A DNA stretch of 64,000 bases from an uncultured virus (IMG/VR IMGVR_UViG_2663762966_000005) (IMGVR_UViG_2663762966_000005:1-64000), one strand, 5' to 3'. Shown: positions 18,892-29,930, numbered from the stretch's first letter. A program made the numbers and translations. The notes: generated by a model from the sequence alone, not told the origin.

Positions 18892-20091
18892 ATGAAAACC
18901 ATTTACCAACTCAAAATTGGTGACTTTGCGCCAAGCGAATCGACACGCTCATTTACCAAAGAGGGGTATCTGAAATGCGTCAATGTTCGCTTAGCTAAGG
19001 CGCCTCAAGTACGCCAGTACTATGCGTATGAGTTTCCATCACTGGAAGGTTATACCGCTGATCAAGTCATTAATGTCTACACGCCAGCAGAAGAGCTTTT
19101 CAAGCCTGAGGCTATTCAAAGCTTCAATGGTGTAGACGCTACAGACTATCACCCGCCTAAAAATGAAATTAACGCTTCTAACTGGAAGGATTATCACATT
19201 GGCTATTGTGAGAACGTCCGGCAGGAAGGCGATTATCTGGTTGGTGATTTGCTCATTAAAGACAAGATCAGTATTGATCTGATCCAAAGCAACGAGCGGC
19301 TAGAAATGTCGCTTGGCTATGGAGCCTTATTAATCGTTGAGCAGGGTACTGCGCCAGATGGCACGCCGTATCAAGCCAAATTTATCAATTTTATTGGCAA
19401 TCACGTAGCACTCGTTAAATATGGCCGTTGTGGTGGTGATTGCCGCATCGGTGACAAACAGCAAACTCCACCAAAGGGGAATAAAACAATGGAAGTAATT
19501 GTAAACGGTATCCGTTTTAACATCGGCGATAACACGCCTCTGGCCGATGCATTAAAGCAGCAACAAGAGCAGCTGGAAAACTTGAAGGCTGCAAAACTTA
19601 AAGTTGGTGATAAGCAATTTTCTATCGGTGATGAATTGAACGCAGTTCAAGCGGTTGTAGATCAGTTACATGCCGAAAAAACAGCACTGGAGCAAAAAGT
19701 AGGTGATCTGGAAAAGAACCAGATGACGCCTGAAAAGCTTGAGCAAGCTGCTGCTGAACGTGCTGCTGTTATTGCGGATGCTAAAGCATTGGTGCCAACA
19801 GTTAAAACTGAAGGCTGCACATGCGAGCAAATCAAACGTGATGTAATTGCTGCTAAAGCGGGTGATGCATTAGTAACAGCTTTGATGGGTAGCGTGTCGG
19901 TAGGCGATGCAAAGCCTGAGCAGATCGATACAACTTTCCGTGCACTCTGTGCTGTGAAGGGTACTCAACCTTATAACCCTGTAGGTGATGCACTTCACCA
20001 GCAACAGCAAGTTAAAACTGGTGATGGCAACCCAGCAGGCGGTGGGGATGAAAAGACCTACAGTAAAGAAAACGCATACAAAACAATCTAA
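18892..20091 (+). CDS. DUF2213 prohead protease/scaffold
   Basis: EMSLGY and NHVALVKYGRCG motifs plus coiled-coil C-terminus. Confidence 0.82.
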   Translation: MKTIYQLKIGDFAPSESTRSFTKEGYLKCVNVRLAKAPQVRQYYAYEFPSLEGYTADQVINVYTPAEELFKPEAIQSFNGVDATDYHPPKNEINASNWKDYHIGYCENVRQEGDYLVGDLLIKDKISIDLIQSNERLEMSLGYGALLIVEQGTAPDGTPYQAKFINFIGNHVALVKYGRCGGDCRIGDKQQTPPKGNKTMEVIVNGIRFNIGDNTPLADALKQQQEQLENLKAAKLKVGDKQFSIGDELNAVQAVVDQLHAEKTALEQKVGDLEKNQMTPEKLEQAAAERAAVIADAKALVPTVKTEGCTCEQIKRDVIAAKAGDALVTALMGSVSVGDAKPEQIDTTFRALCAVKGTQPYNPVGDALHQQQQVKTGDGNPAGGGDEKTYSKENAYKTI

Positions 20092-20104
20092 GGGGATGTA
20101 AATC

Positions 20105-20575
20105 ATGGTTAAGCAATACGATGCTGCACCCGGTATGAAGTTTCACCTCATTGGGCCAGAGGATATTTTATCCCTGCCTGTGGCTGGTACCGGTTTGGTG
20201 AACGATGGTGACGTGGTTGTACGTAGTACGGATGGAAAAACAGTTTCAGCGGTAACTGGTGCAACTAATACCAAGTTTGGAATTATCGTACGTCACGGCG
20301 TAGGTAAGTCAGGCAAAACGGCTGATGGCAAAGAAGCCTATAAGGCTACTGATGTAGCACCGGTTATGACGATCGGCTCGATTTACGTGAAGGTCACGGC
20401 ACCAGTCACTGACATCAACGCAAAGGTTTATGTCAAAACAGCTAACGGTACCACAGCAGCGCCGTTAGGTTCTCTATCCCCAACAGCTTTGGACGGTACA
20501 GAGTTACCGAACGCATCTTGGGAAACAATTTCAAATGAACAGGGCTTAGCTGCTGTTCGCTTACGTGGGGCATAA
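20105..20575 (+). CDS. Head decoration/cement protein
   Basis: Lies between scaffold and capsid; small and beta-rich. Confidence 0.65.
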   Translation: MVKQYDAAPGMKFHLIGPEDILSLPVAGTGLVNDGDVVVRSTDGKTVSAVTGATNTKFGIIVRHGVGKSGKTADGKEAYKATDVAPVMTIGSIYVKVTAPVTDINAKVYVKTANGTTAAPLGSLSPTALDGTELPNASWETISNEQGLAAVRLRGA

Positions 20576-20580
20576 TAATT

Positions 20581-21555
20581 ATGAGTAAATTGGCAGCAAT
20601 GAAGCTACGTCTAACACCAGTAGCTCAAGTGGTACAGGCAACTATTGGTGATGCGTTTAACCTTGATGCTTTAGCCCAATTATTCGTTAAATTGGAAGAG
20701 TTTAACGAAATGGATCCTCAGCTTCAGCAAGTGATGGATTACGCTAAATACATTCCTGTTAAACCTGTGAATGGTGTTTTTGGTGGTGGTGAAGTACTTA
20801 CACGTAAAAAAGGCATTGGCATTGGTAAGGACCATTCAGGTACAGGTAATGACATCCCTGTGGCAGAAGTGGACTATGACAGTGTTTCACTGCCTATCAA
20901 GGTTGGTACCATCAGCTATTGGTATTCAGTTCTTGAATTAGAAACAGCTCAAAAAATGAATATTCCGCTTGAAGCTGACAAAGTGCAAGCGGCGCGATTA
21001 GCTGCAGAAAAACACTTAAGCAATATTGCATGGTATGGCAACGAGCTTACAGGGGTTAAAGGCTTCTTAAATCAAACTGGTGTAACCATTGTTACAGCCC
21101 AACATAACTGGGCTACAGCAACCATTGAAGAAGTATTAAGTGACTTCAACGCAAGCTTGGCAGATGCTGAAGAACTTATCGATGGGGATGTGTCTGTACA
21201 GCCAGATACTTATTTGATGGCATCAAATCAGTACTTACACCTTTCTACCCGTGTAGTAGCTGATTCTGGCGGAAAGACTTTCTTAAAATTCATTGAAGAA
21301 AATAACATCTTCGCATCCCAAGGTAAGCCGTTAACCATTCGTGGTTTAGGTCGTTCAAACGGCAAAGGTACAGCAGGTGCTGACCGTTCTATTATTTACC
21401 GCCGTGATCCGTCATGCATCCAAATGAAATGTGATGACGTCACTTTCTTGGCAGCTCAACCAGTTGGTGTGGATATTAAAGTGCCTGGTCACTACAAATA
21501 TCAGGGCGTATGGTTGAAGCGTGTTGATTCTCTCCGTTACTTGGATCACGTGTAA
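20581..21555 (+). CDS. Major capsid protein (DUF2184-like)
   Basis: Size, position and IAWYGN...VKGFLN motif. Confidence 0.85.
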   Translation: MSKLAAMKLRLTPVAQVVQATIGDAFNLDALAQLFVKLEEFNEMDPQLQQVMDYAKYIPVKPVNGVFGGGEVLTRKKGIGIGKDHSGTGNDIPVAEVDYDSVSLPIKVGTISYWYSVLELETAQKMNIPLEADKVQAARLAAEKHLSNIAWYGNELTGVKGFLNQTGVTIVTAQHNWATATIEEVLSDFNASLADAEELIDGDVSVQPDTYLMASNQYLHLSTRVVADSGGKTFLKFIEENNIFASQGKPLTIRGLGRSNGKGTAGADRSIIYRRDPSCIQMKCDDVTFLAAQPVGVDIKVPGHYKYQGVWLKRVDSLRYLDHV

Positions 21556-21568
21556 GGATTAAAACAGT

Positions 21569-21952
21569 ATGAAATATACTTATATCTATAGCGGCTTACA
21601 GGCCGCTTTTGTTTTTTCTGGTATTGCTGTTTTGCCTACAGGCACACCAACTCTTGTGGATGAAGAAGCGCACAAGAAGCTCACTAAAAATAAGTTTGCT
21701 AAACATCTTATTGATATCGGTGAACTTGAAGTTCAGGAAATCCCAGATGATGAGCCAAAAACAGCGGGTAAAACTGGTGGTCGTGGCGGTAAAGGCGGCA
21801 AGCAAAACGATGCAGCAGGTGAGCAGCAAAAGCCAACTGATGAAGATGCTTTGGCCGCCGTGAAGGCTGAATTAACAGAGCTTGAAGTAACCTTCAGTGA
21901 CGATGAAACACTTGAGCAGTTACAAGCTAAGTTAGCTCAAGCTAAGGAATAA
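21569..21952 (+). CDS. Head-associated hypothetical protein
   Basis: Follows the capsid gene; C-terminal HeH-like helical motif. Confidence 0.55.
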   Translation: MKYTYIYSGLQAAFVFSGIAVLPTGTPTLVDEEAHKKLTKNKFAKHLIDIGELEVQEIPDDEPKTAGKTGGRGGKGGKQNDAAGEQQKPTDEDALAAVKAELTELEVTFSDDETLEQLQAKLAQAKE

Positions 21953-21961
21953 GGTAGACAT

Positions 21962-22345
21962 ATGGACGTACAAACGTTTCGTAAAAAGTTCTCGACTGAT
22001 TCGAGTTTAATGTCTTTGCCAGATGAGAGAATTCAGGATGCATTAGAAGAGGCGGATCTGATTGTTTCTCAAATTGAGTTCGGGGCATTAAAGGAACGTG
22101 CTGTAGGTCTATATGCAGCACACATTCTTAAAGTTGGTACCGTAAGCGGCAATGGTGCTGCTTTTGGTACCGCCTCGAGTATGACAATTGCCGGCCAAAG
22201 CGTGAGTTATTCCCGATCATCGAAAGAAGCTTTCTATGATCTCAGCATGTATGGCCAGCGCTATCTTGCTTTAAAAAATTCCATTCCAATCGATGACGAA
22301 GGCACAAATCCTAATCGTTTAGGCGTTGGTGCTTTTGTTGTATAG
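21962..22345 (+). CDS. Head-tail adaptor (DUF4054-like)
   Basis: LYAAHIL...SVSY...YGQRY motifs. Confidence 0.75.
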   Translation: MDVQTFRKKFSTDSSLMSLPDERIQDALEEADLIVSQIEFGALKERAVGLYAAHILKVGTVSGNGAAFGTASSMTIAGQSVSYSRSSKEAFYDLSMYGQRYLALKNSIPIDDEGTNPNRLGVGAFVV

Positions 22346-22354
22346 GAGAATCCC

Positions 22355-22546
22355 ATGCCTTTTAAATATCAGGCACCAGAAGGTTACAAGCCAACCAAAA
22401 TCGTTATTGCTGGGCAAAACCTAGATATCAAAAACGGCGTTTTAGAATCTGATAATGACATTATCCATATGTTAAAGCCCTTAGGTTTTGAGCGTTTCGT
22501 TGAAGTTGTTGAGCCTAAGAAATCGACCGCCTCTGCTAAAGAGTAA
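22355..22546 (+). CDS. Hypothetical virion protein
   Basis: AGGAG RBS. Confidence 0.55.
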   Translation: MPFKYQAPEGYKPTKIVIAGQNLDIKNGVLESDNDIIHMLKPLGFERFVEVVEPKKSTASAKE

Positions 22547-22553
22547 TTAAGCT

Positions 22554-23036
22554 ATGAGCGATTTTCGTGTTGAAAGCCAAGTCAACTTTGATGAGATGAA
22601 TAATCGCGTTAGGTTTGAAATAAGACGCACGATTAACGCTCTTACTTTGCGCTTACAGCGGATTGTTCAGGAAGATATGTTGAGTGGCCAACGGTTGAAC
22701 GTACAGTCTGGCCGCTTGCGTGGATCTGTTTCATCTAAAGTGGATGAGGATAAGGATTCCATTGAGGGAACCGTAGGTGCTGGTGGTGCATTGGTCCCAT
22801 ATGCACCTGCACATGAGTTTGGCCTAAATGGAGCTTTGGGTGTTAAAGCCCATTTAAGAACTATTAAGCAGGCTTTTGGCCGACCTATATCACCGGTTCA
22901 GGTCAATATTAAGGTCCATTCAAGGAATGTTCGTTTTAAAGAATTGCGTTTCATGCGTGATTCACTGGATATCGTGGCCAAGATTGTGCCGAAAAATATT
23001 GATGCAGCAATTCAGCGAGGTATAGCAGGTGGATAG
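22554..23036 (+). CDS. Neck/virion morphogenesis protein
   Basis: SGRLRGS and YAPAHEFG motifs. Confidence 0.7.
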   Translation: MSDFRVESQVNFDEMNNRVRFEIRRTINALTLRLQRIVQEDMLSGQRLNVQSGRLRGSVSSKVDEDKDSIEGTVGAGGALVPYAPAHEFGLNGALGVKAHLRTIKQAFGRPISPVQVNIKVHSRNVRFKELRFMRDSLDIVAKIVPKNIDAAIQRGIAGG

Positions 23037-23472
23037 TGAAGCAATTTATCAAGCGCTGTTTGATCGATTAAGTACAAGGGTAGAAGGGCTCAAAACAGTA
23101 AGTCGCCGTTTACGTCACTTTAATAATGTATTGCCTGATGAACGGCCTGCCATATTTATCACTCAAGGCAATCAGCAAGAAGTACCGGTACATGGTATGG
23201 ATTCAAAAGTTGAACTTGCTGCTGAAGTTTATATCTACATCCATGAGGCTGATAGAGCTAAGCCCCCATCATCACAGATGAATATTTTCATCGATCGTGT
23301 ACGTGAAGCTATTAAGCCAGACCATCCTGATTTTAGTGAGTATCAAACCTTAGGTGGTTTGGTAGAGCACTGCTGGATCGAGGGCACCGTAGAAGTATAT
23401 GAAGCAGTAGAAAACATGCTGGATGATCAGGCGATTGCCATTATCCCTATCCGGATCCTCACAACCAATTAA
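23029..23472 (+). CDS. Tail terminator-like protein
   Basis: Position before the major tail protein; TLGGLV motif. Confidence 0.6.
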   Translation: MDSEAIYQALFDRLSTRVEGLKTVSRRLRHFNNVLPDERPAIFITQGNQQEVPVHGMDSKVELAAEVYIYIHEADRAKPPSSQMNIFIDRVREAIKPDHPDFSEYQTLGGLVEHCWIEGTVEVYEAVENMLDDQAIAIIPIRILTTN

Positions 23473-23534
23473 CAAAACATTCATTTTATGACCGCCTCTA
23501 TGGCGGTTTTGTCATTTTAGAGAGGTCAAAATAA

Positions 23535-24302
23535 ATGGCTCAGTATTTATTTGGTGCCGGCAAGATTTTTGCTACACCGATTCAAGATGTATACGGGCAA
23601 CCGATTAGTAATCCCACACCAGTTGAAGTGGGGGTTATGCAATCCGTTGGTGTAGATATTAGCTATGACTTAAAAGAGCTTTTTGGTCGTGGACAGTTCG
23701 CCGTAGATGCCGCGCGTGGTAAAGGTACCATTAAATGTAAAGCTTCTTTCGGGCGTATTAACGGTACATTGTTAAATTCTATTTTCTTCGGTGGTGTTGT
23801 TGCTGAAGGTGGAATCGAAACAGTTTCCCAAACCATTAAGGGTGAAGTGATTCCGGCTGGTGGCACTGTTACACCGGTTGTTCCTAACAGCGGTACATAT
23901 GTAAAGGATCTAGGCGTAACAGATGCTAAAGCAATCCCACTTAAACGTGTAGCTTCAGCGCCAGTAACAGGGCAATACAGTGTAGATGCGGCAACCGGTG
24001 CTTATACATTTGCTGCTGCAGATGCAGGTAAAACGGTATTTATTAACTTCCGTTATTCAGCAATGGTGGCGGGTGCTAAGTCAATCACTGTATCTAACCT
24101 AGATATGGGTTATACGCCAGAGTTTGCCGTTGACCTGCAACGTGATTACAAAGGCAAGTTCATGCATATGAATTTCTTCCGTTGTACCAGTAACAAACTT
24201 GGATTCAGTTCAAAACAGGACGATTACGATATTCCTGAGTTTGAATTCCAGCCTATGGCTGATGATCTTAACCGTGTTTTCAAAATTGATTTATCGGAGT
24301 AA
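23535..24302 (+). CDS. Major tail tube protein
   Basis: Position before chaperones and tape measure; beta-rich. Confidence 0.75.
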   Translation: MAQYLFGAGKIFATPIQDVYGQPISNPTPVEVGVMQSVGVDISYDLKELFGRGQFAVDAARGKGTIKCKASFGRINGTLLNSIFFGGVVAEGGIETVSQTIKGEVIPAGGTVTPVVPNSGTYVKDLGVTDAKAIPLKRVASAPVTGQYSVDAATGAYTFAAADAGKTVFINFRYSAMVAGAKSITVSNLDMGYTPEFAVDLQRDYKGKFMHMNFFRCTSNKLGFSSKQDDYDIPEFEFQPMADDLNRVFKIDLSE

Positions 24303-24308
24303 TACCAG

Positions 24309-24886
24309 ATGCAATTTAAGCAAGTTGATAACCCACGTGGCTCAACAATTATTATTGATGGTCAGCCATTTGTATTTGCTCCTTTGTCACTTGGTGCGGT
24401 TGAAAAGTTATTGCCAGCTCTTCAAGCATTTAAGCCCGATGATGTGGGTACCGTGATTGATGTTGCGTTTAAGTCGCTTAAGCGCAATTACCCGGATATC
24501 ACACGTGATGATGTTGCTGACATGATTTATATGGATCAACTCACGGAAGTTATGGAAGCTGTAATGTCTGTGTCTGGTCTTAAAGGAAATGAAGACAACG
24601 CTGCAGGTGGTTCGGGGGAATAGATTGGGAGGAGCTGTACACGCATTTAGTACTAACGATGGGTAAAGATTACGACTATGTACGTAATGAAATGGACCTG
24701 CCTAGATTAAGAGCATTAAGTGCGTATCAGCAAAGTAACCCTCCCGCGCATATTGGGATACAACGGCTTTGCCGTATTTTGGAAGCATTTATGGGAATTG
24801 ATGAAACTCCGCAAGCTATCACCGTTTCAGATGATGACGAGGACGATATGCTGGAAGTTTTGTCGAATTTTCCACAGGGTGGTTGA
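24309..24886 (+). CDS. Tail assembly chaperone pair (G: 24309-24623; GT via -1 frameshift at G GGG GAA, 24614-24620)
   Basis: The -1 frame from the slippery site is open (GIDWEELYTHLVLTMGKDY...) and joins ORF 24659-24886. Confidence 0.78.
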
Positions 24887-24966
24887 GGCTGCCCTTTAAA
24901 ATATTAATGTGACATTAAGTAACCAGTTTGTTAAATTGTACGGACTTTATAATAATTGGTGAAACT

Positions 24967-25272
24967 ATGACTCAAACAAAATTTTGTTATGCCTGTGGCC
25001 AGCAAATTGATGTTCGTGCAGAAATTTGCCCTAAATGTGGTGTAAGACAGCAAGATGTTAGAATCACTGGGCGAAAAAGTAAGGTGGCTGCTGGTGTATT
25101 TGCTTTGCTTCTAGGTGGGTTTGGGGCTCATAAATTCTATTTGGGTAGAGTTGGCCAAGGTATCCTATACCTTATTTTCTGCTGGACTTTTATACCAGCT
25201 ATTATCGCATTTATCGAGGGTATACTTTACCTATGCAGTTCTGATGAAGATTTTGCAAAAAAATATGGCTAA
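24967..25272 (+). CDS. Zn-ribbon + TM2-domain membrane protein (moron)
   Basis: FCYACG/CPKCG and KSKVAAGVFALLLGGFGAHKFYLG; own promoter GTGACA-N17-TAAATT (24909-24937) and downstream terminators. Confidence 0.85.
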   Translation: MTQTKFCYACGQQIDVRAEICPKCGVRQQDVRITGRKSKVAAGVFALLLGGFGAHKFYLGRVGQGILYLIFCWTFIPAIIAFIEGILYLCSSDEDFAKKYG

Positions 25273-25373
25273 TTAATTTGCCATAAATAATTCTTAAAGC
25301 CTTGCAATAGCAAGGCTTTTTTATTTCTCCACAGCTCCTTTAAAGGGGCTTTTTTTATGCCTGTGAGGAAGTT

Positions 25374-28300
25374 ATGGCAAATAATAACCGTGTTGAAGTC
25401 CATGTCGGTGCCAAGACCTCTGAACTAAAAGAGGGGATGAAAGATGCAGAAAAAATAGTTTCAGATTCTTCAAGGAAAATTGAAAATTCCAGTCAAGCCA
25501 TTGATCTTAAAATCGACTTATCAGGTATACGTTCAGAACTTAATAATTTTGCAAACAACATCTCAGATAAGTTTAAGAGTGTAGGCAATGATATTAAAGA
25601 TTCATTAACTGGTGGTTTCTCACTAATTAAAGGTGGCTTTCTTTTAGGTGTTGGTGAGGAATTGGCTAGAACAGCAGCTGAAGCTATAGGTGCAATACCT
25701 GACTTAGTTTCAGCAGTTGGGAAAGCGTCAAAAGAAATAGAAATACAATCACGTTTAGCAAATGCAAATACTACGGAATTTCAAGAGTGGGCATTTGCTG
25801 CAAAGAAGGTAGGTGTCGAGCAAGATAAACTTTCGGACATCATGAAAGATGTAAACGATAAGTTTGGTGATTTTATGCAAACGGGCGGCGGAGAAATGGC
25901 CGACTTCTTTGAAAAGATCGCCCCTAAAGTTGGAGTAACTGCTAAAGAATTTCAAGGTTTATCTGGGCCTCAAATTCTTGAGAAGTATCATCAAACCCTT
26001 CAAAAGGCTAATGTTTCTCAAGCCGAGATGACTTTTTACATGGATTCATTGGCTGATGATGCGACATTGTTAGCACCACTTTTAGATAATAATGCCGAAA
26101 AATTAAAGGAATACGCAAAACAAGCTCATGACTTAGGGGTGATCATGAGCTCAGAAACAATGCAGTCAACGAAGGAATTCAATACAGCTTTAGAGACTAT
26201 TCACTCAACTGTGCAAGGTGTTATGTCTCGAATGGCTGCTCAAGCAGCACCAGCGTTGACAGATTTGGCGAATAGATTTTTAAATTTTGCAGTTGAATCT
26301 AAAGAAGGAATTGATGATTCCATAAAATCTATTCTTAGTATTTTTGGCAGTCTCTTTAGTATTGCTGAGGATATTTTTAATACCATTGGTGGGATTTGGC
26401 AGGATTTAACTAGTGATATTGGTGACGGCTCATTATCACAAATTGGCTTTATGGATGCTGTCTCAGTAGCTTTAAGAGCTTTAGGGGTGGTTGCAACAGG
26501 TTTACAGGTAGCTATCCAATCTGCATTTGCAATTATCCGTGCTGTGGTTGTCACAGTTTGTCAGGCTTTAATCATTGCTTTTAATGGTCTTATGGCCGGC
26601 TTTGATATGGTGCGAAACACTATTCAGTTCGGCTTAGATGTACTTCAAGTTAAATTCCAAACTTTTGGAAGTGTTGTTAATAATATTCTTCACTTCAATT
26701 TCTCAGGTGCGAAAGCAGCTTGGGAGGGAGGATTATCTCAATTAGGTGGGATTACTGAACGCTACACGAACCAAATGAAAGGCCGTATGGCTGATCTTAA
26801 AAACTCTTGGAACGCTGGCGCGACCACAGCAGCTAATTCACTTGTCACAGCAGGAAAGCGAATTCTTGAGGTTACTACAGCGGGTAATCAGAAGATTACC
26901 AACTATGTGTTTAAGGATCCTGCAAAACCCATTGAAAAACCAGATACGCCAAAAATTGGAATTGGCACTCCGCCTCCAAATCCTAATAAGGGGATTGGTA
27001 CAGGCGTTAAGGATGATAAAGGCGGTTCTAAATCATCTGCAAAATCCAAAGCTGAACAAGAGGCTAAAGAGCGTCAACGACAGGCTGAGCAGGCAGCTAA
27101 AGCGCTGGCTGATATTCGGTATAAATATGCATCCGAAGAAAAGAAAGTCGCTTTAGATCTGCAAAAGGCATTAGATGAGATTGAGAAATCCAAGATGACT
27201 GCAGATGAAAAAGCAGCTGCAAAAGTCAAAGCCGAAAAGGATGCTTCAGACAAGATCATTGCTATTCGTTTAAAAGAGTTTGAGGAATACAAAAAAGCTC
27301 GTGAAGAACAAATAGACAATTATCAACAGCAAGCACAACGACTTTATGAAATCGAAGCTGCACGGATCCAAGCTGAATATGATGCCAAGAAAATTTCAAA
27401 CGTTCGCAAAGTTCAATTAGAGAAACAGCTCGAAGATCAATTACGTGAAATTAAGCGGCAAGGTCTTTTAGAGCGTTTAGCTTTGGAAAATGAGCAGACC
27501 AACATTACTGGCAAACAAGGCAATCAAAACCAAATCACAAACAATATTTCTGATTTAGAGACAGATCAGAAAGTTGCTGACACTAAGTCTATGGGCTTAA
27601 TCAGTGATGCGGAAATGAAAGACTTTGAGGCTAAGTTCGGTGGGTTTACTTCTCGGCTTGCAAACCTTTGGGATCAAGGTATTCAGTCACTTATGAATGG
27701 CACCTTGACTTGGAGTAATGCAACTAAAGCAGTGCTAGCTGACATGGGTGCATTTGCATTGCAGTCGGCTACTAAAGAACTACAAGGTTGGCTCAGAATC
27801 CAAGCGATTAAGTTAGCGCGAAAGCTTGGTTTCGTTGGTGCTGAAACGGCGGCAGAAGCTTCTGGCCAAGCGGCACAAACGGGGGCAACAATCGCAGGTG
27901 AGGCAACACGTACCAGTGTTACTGCGGCGGGTGGTTTAGCTCGATTGGGATTAAAAGCAGCTGAAGCAATTAAAGGAATCATGATGTCGGCATGGGAGGC
28001 TATGGCAGGTGCATTTAAAGCCATGGTTGCTATTCCATACATTGGTCCAATTCTGGCCGTTGGTGCCGGTGCTGCTGCCTTTGGCTTGGTTGCTGGTTTA
28101 GCAGGCAAGATCAAATCTGCTCGAGGCGGTTACGACATTCCATCAGGTGTTAATCCAGTCACCCAGCTACATGAAGACGAAATGGTTTTACCTTCACAAC
28201 ATGCAAATACCATTCGTGAAATGGGTAAAGCCATGCGTAGTGGTGCAAGTTTTGGAGCAGCTTCAGCAGCTGAAGGCGGAGGTGCCGGACCGACCATTAA

Positions 28301-28412
28301 TATTAGTGCAGTCGATGCGAAGAGTATTCAACGATTGTTTAAGAATAATGGCCGTGCGGTCGCTAGTGGTCTGAATAGTTATGCTCGCGGCTTTGGTAAG
28401 AATGGTAAATAA
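25374..28412 (+). CDS. Tail tape measure protein
   Basis: 1012 aa, helical and Ala/Gly-rich; canonical position. Confidence 0.9.
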   Translation: MANNNRVEVHVGAKTSELKEGMKDAEKIVSDSSRKIENSSQAIDLKIDLSGIRSELNNFANNISDKFKSVGNDIKDSLTGGFSLIKGGFLLGVGEELARTAAEAIGAIPDLVSAVGKASKEIEIQSRLANANTTEFQEWAFAAKKVGVEQDKLSDIMKDVNDKFGDFMQTGGGEMADFFEKIAPKVGVTAKEFQGLSGPQILEKYHQTLQKANVSQAEMTFYMDSLADDATLLAPLLDNNAEKLKEYAKQAHDLGVIMSSETMQSTKEFNTALETIHSTVQGVMSRMAAQAAPALTDLANRFLNFAVESKEGIDDSIKSILSIFGSLFSIAEDIFNTIGGIWQDLTSDIGDGSLSQIGFMDAVSVALRALGVVATGLQVAIQSAFAIIRAVVVTVCQALIIAFNGLMAGFDMVRNTIQFGLDVLQVKFQTFGSVVNNILHFNFSGAKAAWEGGLSQLGGITERYTNQMKGRMADLKNSWNAGATTAANSLVTAGKRILEVTTAGNQKITNYVFKDPAKPIEKPDTPKIGIGTPPPNPNKGIGTGVKDDKGGSKSSAKSKAEQEAKERQRQAEQAAKALADIRYKYASEEKKVALDLQKALDEIEKSKMTADEKAAAKVKAEKDASDKIIAIRLKEFEEYKKAREEQIDNYQQQAQRLYEIEAARIQAEYDAKKISNVRKVQLEKQLEDQLREIKRQGLLERLALENEQTNITGKQGNQNQITNNISDLETDQKVADTKSMGLISDAEMKDFEAKFGGFTSRLANLWDQGIQSLMNGTLTWSNATKAVLADMGAFALQSATKELQGWLRIQAIKLARKLGFVGAETAAEASGQAAQTGATIAGEATRTSVTAAGGLARLGLKAAEAIKGIMMSAWEAMAGAFKAMVAIPYIGPILAVGAGAAAFGLVAGLAGKIKSARGGYDIPSGVNPVTQLHEDEMVLPSQHANTIREMGKAMRSGASFGAASAAEGGGAGPTINISAVDAKSIQRLFKNNGRAVASGLNSYARGFGKNGK

Positions 28413-28422
28413 GGGGGTGTAA

Positions 28423-29076
28423 GTGTCAAACGTATTATTTCCAGAATTACCCGGTCTTGAGTGGGATACCTCGATAACTCCGATGTTCAATACCAAGATC
28501 ATGACTTCTATTAATGGCCGAGAGCTCCGTGCGAGCTTTCAGGCCGCACCGAAATATGAAATCTCGTTGTCTTACGCTTTTTTGCGTGAAAATAAGGGGA
28601 GAAAGGAATTGCAGCAACTTCAAGGATTTTATTTAGAGCGCCGTGGAGCATTTGATTCATTTCTTTATAAGATGCCTGAGGATAATGAATTTAATTGCAC
28701 GTTTGTTGGAGATGGGGCCGCAACTACATTCCAGCTTTACAAAGACATGTATACCAGCCAATTACCTCTAGGTAATACACAAGAGCAGATTATTGGTGAA
28801 GTTGATCCCAACATGTGGAATCAAACACCGGTTAAAACAATGTGGAATACAAACCAAGAAAAGCTTATGTGGAATAACGCATCTGCTCAGATAACGAGTG
28901 ATGGTAAATATGTACTTTCACAGCCGATCGATGAAGGTGTAGAGGTAACTGTATCGGGTACTTTTTACTATCGATGCCGCTTTAAAGATGACACACAGCA
29001 GTATGTCAACTTCATGCATAAACTTTGGAAAGCTGGAAAGGTCGAGCTAATCGGATCATTGGGAACTAAGATATGA
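28423..29076 (+). CDS. Distal tail protein (DUF2460-like)
   Basis: GRELR...FYLERRGAFDSFLY...CRF motifs. Confidence 0.75.
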   Translation: MSNVLFPELPGLEWDTSITPMFNTKIMTSINGRELRASFQAAPKYEISLSYAFLRENKGRKELQQLQGFYLERRGAFDSFLYKMPEDNEFNCTFVGDGAATTFQLYKDMYTSQLPLGNTQEQIIGEVDPNMWNQTPVKTMWNTNQEKLMWNNASAQITSDGKYVLSQPIDEGVEVTVSGTFYYRCRFKDDTQQYVNFMHKLWKAGKVELIGSLGTKI

Positions 29077-29930
29077 GACAAGCATCACCTCAACTTATCG
29101 CCTTGTTAGATGCCGATCAGTTCATTATGGCTGATCTTTACACCATCACAACTATACAGGGCATTGAGTATCGCTATACAAGCTATGACGTTCATTTGAC
29201 GGTGCAAGGTAAGGAGTTTCGTGCTGATGGACCAATTATCAGCCGAGAGGGGACTAGCCTTTCTTTAGGTATTGAAGTAGATAACTTATCTATCACTATT
29301 GAGGCAACTGAAAATACCAAGTTCGGCGATGTACCCATAGCTCAGGCATTTCATAACGGAATTTTAGATGGTGCTCGGTTTAAGTTGGAACGAATTTTCA
29401 TGGATATGAATACTCCTACCGATACTAGTGCTGGCACTTTGGTTTTATTTGAAGGGCGTATTGTTGAGCCTGAGCTTAATCGATATGAAATTAACGCAAG
29501 CGTGGTTTCTGATGTTGATAATTTAAAACTTCAAATGCCACGGAATCTATACACACCAGGATGCTTAAACACTCTGTTTGATAGTGCATGTGGACTACTA
29601 AGTGCTAATTTTGCTGTAAATACGATCATTGGTGTTAATAGTACGTCTAACCGCATTCTTTGTGAGTTAAGCCAGCCACAAGGCTGGTTTACTCAAGGCG
29701 TTGTGGAGTTTTTAGAAGGCGCAAATATTGGAATTAAACGAACTGTACGACTCCATGAAGCTGGTTCGCTCATCCTAACTTTGCCGCTTTTAAAAATGCC
29801 AGAGATAGGTGAGGCGATTCGTGTTTATCCGGGTTGTGATAAGCGTCTTGATACCTGTACTAATCGATTCAATAACCGTTCCCGTTTCCGTGGTGCGCCG
29901 TTTGTGCCGGTTCCAGAAACTTCAATTTAA
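29073..29930 (+). CDS. Baseplate hub protein (DUF2163/BR0599-like)
   Basis: CLNTLFDSAC and PGCDKRLDTCTNRFNNRSRFRGAPFVP Cys motifs. Confidence 0.85.
   Translation: MRQASPQLIALLDADQFIMADLYTITTIQGIEYRYTSYDVHLTVQGKEFRADGPIISREGTSLSLGIEVDNLSITIEATENTKFGDVPIAQAFHNGILDGARFKLERIFMDMNTPTDTSAGTLVLFEGRIVEPELNRYEINASVVSDVDNLKLQMPRNLYTPGCLNTLFDSACGLLSANFAVNTIIGVNSTSNRILCELSQPQGWFTQGVVEFLEGANIGIKRTVRLHEAGSLILTLPLLKMPEIGEAIRVYPGCDKRLDTCTNRFNNRSRFRGAPFVPVPETSI

Noticed and set aside
25755..28502. Short antisense or alternative-frame ORFs within the tape measure and other long genes
   Set aside because: Shadow ORFs nested in well-supported genes, with no recognisable motifs.
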